Positions 1-8,500 of a stretch of 64,000 nt of DNA are shown piece by piece. The position numbers and the translations under genes were made by a program. Below the pieces are notes generated by a model. It searched no databases, had not been told where the DNA came from, and worked only from the letters and a program-made list of their open reading frames with translations. Within the stretch, counting starts at the first letter, position 1. The number at the start of each line of letters is the position of its first letter. This stretch comes from Pseudomonadota bacterium (GTDB lineage: Bacteria > Desulfobacterota > Desulfobacteria > Desulfobacterales > JBDRRP01): NCBI GenBank assembly GCA_043825735.1, contig JBDRRP010000159.1:1-64000 (forward strand), in the 5' to 3' direction.

Positions 1-237
1 TGCGCCCCCACAGCCAGAAACAGGTTCTTATCTCTTTTTCTTGCGCCAAAAAAGAACCATAAACCACGAAACACACGAAAGAAAAATGGATAACCGATAA
101 CGGGCTGATCTACCCTAAAAAGCGTGCACCGGGCGGCGCCAGGGCAACGGTGCCACGCCTTTAATTCGTAGATAATTGCGTTAATTTTAATCAGCGTTCA
201 TCTGCGGTTCCTTTGCTTTGCAATTGCAGTTGCTTTT

Positions 238-346
238 TCCGACTTCCGACTTCCGACCTCCGACCTCCGACCTCCGACCTCCGACTTCCGACTTCCGACT
301 TCCGACCTCCGACTTCCGACTTCCGACCTCCGACCTCCGACCTCCG
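238..346. repeat. Heptamer tandem repeat (TCCGACY)x15 plus a partial unit
   Basis: 15 contiguous TCCGACT/TCCGACC units from 238, ending directly against the TGA (347-349) of the minus-strand gene. Confidence 0.97.
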
Positions 347-1303
347 TCATCTGGCAGTTCCCAGCGCTTCTATCACCCCGGCGGCGATGAGCGGCAGCAT
401 GATTTCGTGGTGCCCGGTGAGGCTGAAGCCTCGGCCGCCGCTCAGGGTGGGGCGGTGGACCACGTTGGTGGCGGGGCGGTAGTGCTGGATGAAATCGAGG
501 TTGACCGTCGTGAAACGATTCACCGTGTGCCCGAGGTTGCGCACCAGCGTGAGGGCTTTGAGAAAGACCTCCGGCAGGATTACCGCAGAGCCGACATTGA
601 GATAGACGCCGTTTTCCAGCGTGGCCACGGCGCCGGCAAACATGCGAAAGTCCAGATGGGAGGCGGCGCCGGCGGCGGCCGGATCGAACTGGGGGTGCAT
701 GTGGATGATGTCGGTGCCCATGGCCACGTGGACCGTGACCGGGATGTCCAGCGCAGCCCCGGCGGCCAGGAGCGACTCCCCGGCAAAGGGCAGCCCGTTC
801 GCGTTGATGGCTGCGCCCACTGCCCGGCCCAGTCCGAGGGCGTCGGTCTTTGCCCGCTGGATGGCGGCGGCCAGAAACTCACCGGTTTCCCGGGCCATAC
901 CGAAGGCGCCGTCGCCAAGGGCGGCGGCCACGTCCTCCGATGTGCGGCCGGTCATGGCCAACTCCACGTCGTGGATGATGCCCGCGCCGTTCATGGCCAG
1001 GCACGAAATCACCCCGCGGTGCATGAGATCGGTGAGGATGGGGTTGAGCCCCACTTTGATAACATGGGCGCCCATGCCCACCATGACTGTGCGGTCTGCC
1101 TGTGCGGCGGTGGCAACGGCATCGATGACGGCGCGAAGCTGGCTGCCGGCAAGGATTTTCGGCAGGGTGTCGATAAAATCGGTAAAACGCCCCCCCGCGG
1201 TCCAGTGCCTCGCAAAATCTCCCCTGGCCACCTTGCTGTCGCGATCGGCAAGGGCGTAGGTGGAAATGCCATCGAGGTCAACGGGGCGGATGGGACGTGT
1301 CAT
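347..1303 (-). CDS. Deoxyhypusine-synthase-like protein (GSU2086-type)
   Basis: MGAHVIKVGL, AMNGAGIIHD, GSAVILPEVFLKA and GHHEIMLPL motifs; start moved to ATG 1303 (ATGA overlap with the gmhA stop). Confidence 0.75.
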   Translation of the reverse strand: MTRPIRPVDLDGISTYALADRDSKVARGDFARHWTAGGRFTDFIDTLPKILAGSQLRAVIDAVATAAQADRTVMVGMGAHVIKVGLNPILTDLMHRGVISCLAMNGAGIIHDVELAMTGRTSEDVAAALGDGAFGMARETGEFLAAAIQRAKTDALGLGRAVGAAINANGLPFAGESLLAAGAALDIPVTVHVAMGTDIIHMHPQFDPAAAGAASHLDFRMFAGAVATLENGVYLNVGSAVILPEVFLKALTLVRNLGHTVNRFTTVNLDFIQHYRPATNVVHRPTLSGGRGFSLTGHHEIMLPLIAAGVIEALGTAR

Positions 1304-1890
1304 GACGCGCCCTCCACATACGCTTTGGGAAACAGTATCCGGTCGACGAGATCGCAGATGATGTGGGCGGCCAGGATGTGGCATTCCTGGATGCGGGCCG
1401 TGGTTTTCGAGGAGACCTTCATGCAGATGTCCGAGACCTCCGGCAGCCGGCCCCGGGCGCCTGAAAACCCGATGGTGGTCATCCCGATCTCAGCTGCGGC
1501 CGTCATGGCGGCGATGACGTTGGGGGAGTTGCCGCTGGTGCTGATGCCCACAGCCACATCGTCTTTTCGCCCCAGGGCGCGGATTTGCTTGGAGAAGATT
1601 TCTTCAAAGCTGTAGTCGTTGCCGATGCTGGTGAGGATCGAGGTGTCGGTGGTCAGTGCGATGGCGGCCAGGGGGGGGCGTTCGATGGCAAAACGGTTGA
1701 CGAATTCGGCGGCGATGTGCTGGGCGTCCGCCGCAGAGCCCCCGTTGCCGAAGAGAAGCACCTTGTGCCCGCTGACCATGGCATCGGCAATGCGCTGGGA
1801 GATGCTGATGATCGTGGACGTGCTGTCTGCAATGAACTGGCGTTTGACGGCGATGCTTTCTGCCAGTGTGGCTTCGATGATGGTCTTCAT
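1300..1890 (-). CDS. gmhA: D-sedoheptulose 7-phosphate isomerase
   Basis: FGNGGSAADAQH, GNDYSF, STSGNSPN and RIQECH SIS-domain motifs. Confidence 0.95.
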   Translation of the reverse strand: MKTIIEATLAESIAVKRQFIADSTSTIISISQRIADAMVSGHKVLLFGNGGSAADAQHIAAEFVNRFAIERPPLAAIALTTDTSILTSIGNDYSFEEIFSKQIRALGRKDDVAVGISTSGNSPNVIAAMTAAAEIGMTTIGFSGARGRLPEVSDICMKVSSKTTARIQECHILAAHIICDLVDRILFPKAYVEGAS

Positions 1891-1942
1891 GAATGGTTAC
1901 CTCTGGTTGGTGGACGATAGGGTCCACGTTGTCTTCGCGTTT

Positions 1943-2013
1943 TGAACCACGAAGTCCACGAAGAACACGAAGATTTTAATTCCTTCTTCGTGGACTTCGT
2001 GATCTTCGTGGTT
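1943..2013. repeat. Inverted nonamer-repeat hairpin (CACGAAG)x3 / (CTTCGTG)x3
   Basis: aaccacgaagtccacgaagaacacgaag ... cttcgtggacttcgtgatcttcgtggtt. Confidence 0.9.
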
Positions 2014-2033
2014 TCATCCTCAACGATACCCAG

Positions 2034-3383
2034 CTAATTCGGCATTTCTCGGGAGGCCTGATCCATCCGCTCAAGGACTTCATCCACCAGCGCCGCTGCC
2101 TCTTTTGCGCCGCATCGATCGGCGGCCTTGAAGGTTTCCAGTGCCTCGGCGAGCATGCCCTGTTTCAGGTAGAGTTGACCCAGCCGGAGCCGGTAAAGGC
2201 CGTTGTCCGGCGCCAGATCCACGCTTTGCTGGCAAAAAATGATGGTAATCTCGGGGTTTTCCCCTTTTTTGTCGAACAGGCACCCCAGCGCCGAAAGCGT
2301 TTCCGGATCGTTGGGATTCTGGGTGACCGCTTTTTTATATGCCGCGATGGCCGGCTCCAAGTGGTCTAATGCTTCATGGCATTGGCCCAGCAGTTTTTGT
2401 GCGCTGCCACTGCCCGGGTTGAGGCGAACCGCTTTTTCAAGGTGCTCGAGGGCCTCTGTGGGCGAGCCTGCTTCCAGAAGCAGTCGGCCCAGTTGGAAGG
2501 CGATTTCAAAGACTTCCGGAGCCAAAGCGGCGGCGGCCGTGAACTGGGCCATGGCCCCGCTTCGGTCACCCATGAGCTGGCGTGTCAGGCCGATGTTGTA
2601 GACCGCCATGTACTCCATGGGGTCTGCTGCCACGGCGGCTTCCAAAAATCGAATGCCTTTTTCGTACGCCCCCACGTGACCGTAGCAGGCACCCAGGCTG
2701 TTGAGCACGTTGGCATTGGCGTTGTCCAGTTCCAGGGCCCTCTGGTACTCCGCCATGGCGGTTGTTACGTCGTCGGCCTCGAAGGCGCGGTCGCCGCTGA
2801 TGTTCAAAGAGATCGCATCCAGAGCGATCACGGCACCCCCCTCGAAAAAGGCGGCGTGGGCCAGCGCTTTCAAGGCATTGGCGGCAAGCTCGGCCGGGGG
2901 GTAGTTCAGCAGGGGGTGGGCGGCGATGCCGCCGAACAGGGTGGTGCCCGGGCACTGGTGCACCAGGTCGATGGACAGCGGCTCCAGAAGGCGTGCGGTC
3001 TCCGCCGGATCGGCCGCCGGCAGGCAGCAGCCCAGGGTACCGTCGGGCCAGACGCCCCAGATGCCGCCGGTTTGCCGGCAGAGCCCATCGATGATATCTG
3101 CGGCAGCCACGGCCGGATCCACTGCCGCGGGGTCTTCTATGGCGAGGTCTGCGGCGGGGATCACCCTCAGGGCGGCCGCGGTGCAGGGCCCGCGCGCCGC
3201 CTGTGCCGTCATTGCCTCGGTGAGCGCTCGCCCCCGGAGCAATTGGGGAAATCGCCGGCCCCAGGCACCGTCATCGACGGCAGGTTCAGGGTCCGTTGTC
3301 GGAATGGGGCCGGGGGCGCGGTGGTGGTGCAAAAAGGCATCCGCCGTGGTCCAGTCGCTCCGGTTCTTTTTCAACGCATCCAT
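2034..3383 (-). CDS. TPR-repeat protein with a degenerate N-terminal GGDEF-like domain
   Basis: Multiple TPR units (AMAEYQRALELD, VLNSLGACY, AIAAYKKAV); preceding 'GGIAAHP...ANALKALAHA' resembles a GGDEF C-terminus with no GGDEF motif. Confidence 0.75.
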   Translation of the reverse strand: MDALKKNRSDWTTADAFLHHHRAPGPIPTTDPEPAVDDGAWGRRFPQLLRGRALTEAMTAQAARGPCTAAALRVIPAADLAIEDPAAVDPAVAAADIIDGLCRQTGGIWGVWPDGTLGCCLPAADPAETARLLEPLSIDLVHQCPGTTLFGGIAAHPLLNYPPAELAANALKALAHAAFFEGGAVIALDAISLNISGDRAFEADDVTTAMAEYQRALELDNANANVLNSLGACYGHVGAYEKGIRFLEAAVAADPMEYMAVYNIGLTRQLMGDRSGAMAQFTAAAALAPEVFEIAFQLGRLLLEAGSPTEALEHLEKAVRLNPGSGSAQKLLGQCHEALDHLEPAIAAYKKAVTQNPNDPETLSALGCLFDKKGENPEITIIFCQQSVDLAPDNGLYRLRLGQLYLKQGMLAEALETFKAADRCGAKEAAALVDEVLERMDQASREMPN

Positions 3384-3400
3384 AGCCGGTGCCTTTCCTG

Positions 3401-4813
3401 TCAGGCGCTCACGAAGTCGGTGAATGCCGCGCAGATGATTTCCATATCACCCTCTTGAAGGGTTCGCAGGTCCATGAGGAATCGGTCGTTTTCCACTCTT
3501 CCGATGATCGGCGGCCGATGCCGTCGCATGGCGCGCTCGATCGCACCCGCCGATCGGTCATTGATCGTAACGGCCACGCAGGTGGTGGGCAGCTCCAGAG
3601 TGGGCAGGGAGCCGCCGCCGGGCCGTGATGTGGCGTCCACCAGCGCCGCGCTCAGCCCGGCAGGCGCCAGTGCGCTCAGGCGGGTCTGGAGGGTCTCGGC
3701 CTGTTGCCGGATGATGGCGCCATCGAGGGTGATCATCCGAAGGGTGGGGACGCGGTCCACAGCGGTGGCCTCGTCCCGGTAGAGCCGCAGAGTGCTTTCC
3801 AGTGCCGCCAGGGTGAGCTTGTCGATGCGCAGTGCGCGGGTAAGCGGGTTTTGGCGAACACGTGCGATCCACTCGGTTTTGCCGACGATAATGCCCGCCT
3901 GGGGACCGCCCAGCAGTTTGTCTCCACTGAAAGAGATAAGGTCGGCGCCGCTGGCCACAGAATCCTGAACAGTGGGCTCCCGGACCAGTCCGTAGGCTGA
4001 AAAGTCCACCAGCGTACCGCTGCCCAGATCCTCCATCACCGGGACGCCGAGGCGCCGGCCGATATCCACCAGCTCGGCCAGCGGCACCTGGCTGGTGAAA
4101 CCCTGGATGCTGAAATTGCTGGTGTGCACCTTGAGCAGCAAACCGGTCTTGTCGGTGACCGCCGTTTCGTAGTCCCGGGGATGGGTCCGGTTGGTCGTGC
4201 CCACTTCCTTGAGCGTGCAGCCGCTTTTTTCCATAACGTCGGGTATCCTGAAGGACCCGCCGATTTCAACCAGCTCTCCCCGTGAAATCACCACTTCTTT
4301 GCCGCGCGCCACCGTGTTCAGGCACAGCAGTACGGCGGCGGCGTTGTTGTTGACCACCATGGCCGCTTCGGCCCCGGTGAGCTCGCAGACAAGGCTGTCC
4401 ACAGCCGTATAGCGGGAGCCGCGGCGGCCAGCGGCGAGGTCATATTCCAGATTCGAGTAATTGACGGCGACCTCTTGCAGGTGCGCCAGGGCCGACGGCG
4501 CGAGCAGGGAGCGCCCCAGGTTGGTATGGACGACGACGCCGGTGGCGTTGACCAGGGGCCGCAGATTGAGGGCCATGGCGGCATCGGTCTCCATCTTGAG
4601 CCGCTGATGAAGGGCTACCGGCGTCACTGTCGGCGCTGCCTCATCGGTGCCGGTGTTCAGAATAGCCGTGCGCGCACCCTGGATGACAGCCCGCACGCAG
4701 CGCACCAGTACGCTTCGGGGGACCTCGGACAGATCATCATCGCCAGCGGCAAAGAGCAGCATCTGATCCACGCTGGGGAGCTGTTTGAGCAAGGTCTGTC
4801 GGTGGTGATCCAT
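3401..4813 (-). CDS. selA: L-seryl-tRNA(Sec) selenium transferase
   Basis: NATGVVVHTNLGRS, NLEYDL, VNNNAAA, SRGELVEIGGSFRIPD and FSGDKLLGGPQAG (PLP lysine); start taken as ATG 4813. Confidence 0.97.
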   Translation of the reverse strand: MDHHRQTLLKQLPSVDQMLLFAAGDDDLSEVPRSVLVRCVRAVIQGARTAILNTGTDEAAPTVTPVALHQRLKMETDAAMALNLRPLVNATGVVVHTNLGRSLLAPSALAHLQEVAVNYSNLEYDLAAGRRGSRYTAVDSLVCELTGAEAAMVVNNNAAAVLLCLNTVARGKEVVISRGELVEIGGSFRIPDVMEKSGCTLKEVGTTNRTHPRDYETAVTDKTGLLLKVHTSNFSIQGFTSQVPLAELVDIGRRLGVPVMEDLGSGTLVDFSAYGLVREPTVQDSVASGADLISFSGDKLLGGPQAGIIVGKTEWIARVRQNPLTRALRIDKLTLAALESTLRLYRDEATAVDRVPTLRMITLDGAIIRQQAETLQTRLSALAPAGLSAALVDATSRPGGGSLPTLELPTTCVAVTINDRSAGAIERAMRRHRPPIIGRVENDRFLMDLRTLQEGDMEIICAAFTDFVSA

Positions 4814-4829
4814 GGTGCCGTCCGGTTGC

Positions 4830-6182
4830 TTATTCTGTATTTTGTTCGGTTTCAAAGGTGAAGGCGCCGTCTGGGATGATTTCCACGATTTCCTGGAACC
4901 GATCCGGAGAAAACCCGATGACATGGAGCCGTTCGGTGAGTGCCTGCGTGCTTACCCGTTCCAGCTCGAGGCCGGTGTTGAAGCGGGACATGAGCAGATC
5001 GGCCAGGTAGACGATGTGCACCAGTTTCGTGTGGCGATCCGCCGCTTCGGGGCAGTGATGGTGGCGGATGGTGGTCATGAGGCTGTCGGGAAATCCCCAC
5101 AGCTGCCCAAGCGTGCATCCGATATCCGTATGGTCCACGCCAAATTGCTGCCGTTCGATATCCTGAAACGAGGTGTCGCCTTCATGGACGTTTCGGTAGA
5201 GCAGGGGGTAGGCGGATGTCACGTACTGGTCCAGCACGACTTTTCCGATGTCGTGCAGGAGCCCTGCGGTATAGGCGATGGCCGGCGCGACCAGGCCGGT
5301 GACGCCGGCCAGTTTTTCCGCGATCAGCGCGGTGCCGACGGCATGGTGGTAGAGCCCCCCCTTGCTCAGGGAATATCCGGAGCCGGTGTTTTCGAACAAA
5401 CCGCTGACAGCCGCGGAGATGACCAGCCGCAGGAAGATATCCTTGCCCAGATAGATCAGGGCATGATCGAGGCTGTCGATGGGGTTGCGACGGGCGTAGA
5501 GGGCAGAATTGCACAGCTTCAGGGTCATGGCGCTGATGACCTGGTCCTGGCGGACTTCGTCGGCGATGCCGATGACATCGAATTCGTCATTTCCCATGAG
5601 GCGCAGGATTTTGAGCGCCACTTGGGGTATGGGTTGCAGGCGTTCGATGCTCGACTTGATTTCTTTTTCATGGGGGGGGGGGATCGAGATATGGCTGCCT
5701 GCCTTGTCTGCGCCGACCGGGTCGATGCGGCACTCCCAGCTCTGCATGTTGAGGCTCATGCAGCATGAAAACACGCCCCCGGTCTCGGCATGCGCCACTT
5801 TGATGCCTTCTCTGGCCAGAAGCTGCCGTGCGATTTCGGCGGTGCGGCCGCCGATATCCAGATCCAGATCCCGCTGGCTCACCGGACCCACCAGGGCGCC
5901 GCCGCCCACCCATGCGATGAGGTCCTCTTTTTGCGCGCCGGCGGCATAAAGGGCGTTGATGAAGAGCGGCAGCCCCACCGAGGCGTATTTTTCGCGCTGG
6001 AAGGTGCTCTCCAGGGAAACCGGTTCCGGCAGCAGCAGGTGGCTCAGGCCGCCGACACCGGCTTTTCGGTCGAATACGGCCACAGCCACGCAGGTGCCCA
6101 GGAAGGCTTGAAGGAGGATGGGGCGGTGCGGCCCCACGAAATAACTGCCCGAGGGGACGTGGTGTCGTTGAAGCATGCGCAT
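4830..6182 (-). CDS. CheD-like deamidase fused to an HDOD domain
   Basis: N-terminal LGTCVAV..SHLLLP, GGA, IGGRT, ETGG (CheD); C-terminal DQVISAMTLKLCNSA, AGLLHDIGK, HHH (HDOD). Confidence 0.85.
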   Translation of the reverse strand: MRMLQRHHVPSGSYFVGPHRPILLQAFLGTCVAVAVFDRKAGVGGLSHLLLPEPVSLESTFQREKYASVGLPLFINALYAAGAQKEDLIAWVGGGALVGPVSQRDLDLDIGGRTAEIARQLLAREGIKVAHAETGGVFSCCMSLNMQSWECRIDPVGADKAGSHISIPPPHEKEIKSSIERLQPIPQVALKILRLMGNDEFDVIGIADEVRQDQVISAMTLKLCNSALYARRNPIDSLDHALIYLGKDIFLRLVISAAVSGLFENTGSGYSLSKGGLYHHAVGTALIAEKLAGVTGLVAPAIAYTAGLLHDIGKVVLDQYVTSAYPLLYRNVHEGDTSFQDIERQQFGVDHTDIGCTLGQLWGFPDSLMTTIRHHHCPEAADRHTKLVHIVYLADLLMSRFNTGLELERVSTQALTERLHVIGFSPDRFQEIVEIIPDGAFTFETEQNTE

Positions 6183-6331
6183 GGATACCCAGCTTTCTTC
6201 ATAACCGGTGATCAGGATCGGGAAGGCTCGCGGTGGCCGGCGGCGGCAGCAAACCAGGACGCCTTCCTATATCATTGAAAAGTGAATTATTTCAACGTGT
6301 ATATGATCCACCGGCGTAGTTTGCCGGTGGA

Positions 6332-7894
6332 TCATCCCGGGTAGCCGGTGATGTCCCGGATGCGCTTGTAAAGGGGCGCCAGGCGGTCGTAGAGCCGGCG
6401 GTAGACATCCCGGTAGAGGGCGTCGTAGAGGCGCACGTTTTCGGCGATCGGGTCGATGGTCTCACTGATTCGGGTCATGGCAGCGACGGCAGCGGTAAAA
6501 TCGGGATGGATCCCCAGGCCCACCGCCAGATCCATGGCCGCTCCGAGTCCGGAGGTTTCATAAAGATGCGGGCGCGCCGTTGGCAGGCCGAAGACGTCGG
6601 CGGTGACCTGCATGGCGTGACGGCTCTGGCTGCCGCCGCCTGAGACGACCAGGCGCCGGATGGGAATGCGGGTCTTTTTTTCGATGCGCTCTTTTCCTTC
6701 CCGCAGCGCGTAGGCCAGCCCTTCCAGGATGGCACGGTAGAGGTGGCCACGGGTGTGCACGTCGCCAAATCCGATGACGCTGCCCTTGGCTTCGGGCCCG
6801 GGGCGCTTGAGCCCCGGTGACCAGTAGGGCTGGAGCATCAGTCCCATGGCGCCGGGGGGGATGTCTTCGATGAGATCGTCGAACAGCGCCTCGACTTCCA
6901 TACCCTCCCGGGCGGCTTTTTCGATTTCCGGATGGCCGAATTCCTCCTTGAACCAGCTCACCATCCAGTAGCCCCTGAAAATCTGCACCTCAAGGGTGTG
7001 GTGCCCCGGCACGGCAGACGGGTAGGGGGGCAGCAGGGGCACGGCTTCCACGTATTTTTTGTGGGTGACGTTGATGGTGGCCGTGGTGCCGTAGCTCAGG
7101 CAGCCGACATCGGGGGTCAGGCTTCCGGAGCCGATGACCTCGCAGGCCTTGTCGGCGGCCGCTGCGATGAGCGGAAGGCCGGCCGGTATCCCCGTGGCGG
7201 CCGATGCCTCGCGGGAGATCTCCCCCAACGGCGCTCCGGGGGGGACGAGCTCGGGAAGGACGGAAGGGTCCATGGGCAGGGCCTGCCATTTCCAGTCCCA
7301 GGCGGCGGCCCACTGCATGCGCCGGTAGTCGAAGGGAAGGTACGCCACGCAGCAGCCGAGCGCGTCGCGGAATCCCCCGGTGAGCCGGTGGGTCAGGTAG
7401 CCCGAGAGCAGGAGCAGTTTGTGGGTGGCCTTCCAGATGTCGGGCTGGTGGGTCCGGATCCAGTTGGCCTCGGCCTCGGCTTGAAAATAGGCGATGGTGC
7501 CGGCAAGGCCCAGCATTCTGAACAGCAGACCCCAGGGGCCCTTGAGAAAGGGCAGGCCCGTGGTTTTTCGCTGATCCAGCCAGAGGATGGCGGGCCGCAG
7601 GGGCCGGCCGTCGGCGTCCACATTGATGAGGGTGCTGCGCTGGGTGGTCAGGGCAACGCCGGCGATACGGGCCCTGTCCACGCCGCGGCGATGCCACAAT
7701 CCCTGGCAGGCGGTGCACAGGGCGTTCCAGAAAACCGCCGGATCCTGTTCGGCCCAGCCGGGATGGGGCGAGACGTACGGGGTGAAGGTGATTTTTTCTC
7801 CGGCTACCATGTTGCCGGCAGGATCGAACACCAGGGCCTTGAGGCTCTGGGTACCGTTGTCAATGGCCAGCAGCAGGTCTTTGGTGTCGCTCAT
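6332..7894 (-). CDS. FGGY-family carbohydrate kinase
   Basis: [27 protein letters not shown] and SGGGSQS; ATG 7894 with AAGGAG RBS. Confidence 0.92.
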   Translation of the reverse strand: MSDTKDLLLAIDNGTQSLKALVFDPAGNMVAGEKITFTPYVSPHPGWAEQDPAVFWNALCTACQGLWHRRGVDRARIAGVALTTQRSTLINVDADGRPLRPAILWLDQRKTTGLPFLKGPWGLLFRMLGLAGTIAYFQAEAEANWIRTHQPDIWKATHKLLLLSGYLTHRLTGGFRDALGCCVAYLPFDYRRMQWAAAWDWKWQALPMDPSVLPELVPPGAPLGEISREASAATGIPAGLPLIAAAADKACEVIGSGSLTPDVGCLSYGTTATINVTHKKYVEAVPLLPPYPSAVPGHHTLEVQIFRGYWMVSWFKEEFGHPEIEKAAREGMEVEALFDDLIEDIPPGAMGLMLQPYWSPGLKRPGPEAKGSVIGFGDVHTRGHLYRAILEGLAYALREGKERIEKKTRIPIRRLVVSGGGSQSRHAMQVTADVFGLPTARPHLYETSGLGAAMDLAVGLGIHPDFTAAVAAMTRISETIDPIAENVRLYDALYRDVYRRLYDRLAPLYKRIRDITGYPG

Positions 7895-7975
7895 GGACGG
7901 TTCTCCTTGAGGCGTGCAGGCAATGCGCAGCAAAGGATGCTATATGAAGCACATCAAAAGGTTCAACACCCAATT

Positions 7976-8112
7976 TTGACAAACCCGTAAAAAGTCTAAA
8001 ATCACCACAGAGGACGCAGAGAGCACAGAGATAAATCATTAATAATTCATGGTATTCTCTGTGGCCCTCTGCGATCTCTGCGGTTTAAAAACACTTTTTA
8101 CGGGTTCATCAA
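7976..8112. mobile_element. MITE-like element with 20-bp terminal inverted repeats and an internal nonamer hairpin
   Basis: ttgacaaacccgtaaaaagt (7976-7995) vs actttttacgggttcatcaa (8093-8112), 18/20 complementary; internal (CRCAGAG)n/(CTCTGYG)n. Confidence 0.7.
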
Positions 8113-8180
8113 TTTTCAGGAAGGCGTTTTTTTGCATCGGCAACATCACCGAAAATAGTGCCCCGGAGGCCGCGGGCGCC

Positions 8181-8383
8181 GCAGGTATCCGCTTTTTCGA
8201 CCCCGTCACCCAAAACGGCTGAACACGTCCGCCGCCGCAGGGATAAAGGATTTGACCCTCAGCAGTCGACAGCCGCCGCAGTTTATGCCGCCATTTCGTT
8301 GCGCCGGGTCCGATCATACTGTGGCGGCCGGGTGCTGACAGCGATCATTTGAAGAAGACGAGACCGAAAAAGCGGATACCTGC
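8181..8383. repeat. ~200-bp element bounded by a perfect 19-bp inverted repeat; partial second copy at ~25670-25800
   Basis: gcaggtatccgctttttcg / cgaaaaagcggatacctgc; the core gcagggataaaggatttgacc...ccatttcgttgcgccgggtccgatca recurs from 25671. Confidence 0.85.
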
Positions 8384-8500
8384 GCCGCCATCATTTCCCA
8401 ACACCGCGCATCCCGTCGGCTGGACATAATAATTTTCCTTGGTGATCGTTCCGGTGAGCGTTGACTATAAACCCTCCGTGTTCTCTGTGTACTCCGTGGT

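Noticed and set aside
143..154. ANTAR-like hairpin GGC-AACGGT-GCC
   Set aside because: A single hairpin with no partner, terminator or downstream co-oriented gene visible; likely chance.
238..346. CRISPR array, or coding ORFs 213..482 / 218..1615 (PTSDLR repeats)
   Set aside because: No spacers and no cas genes; the ORFs are the translated heptamer plus the antisense of real minus-strand genes.
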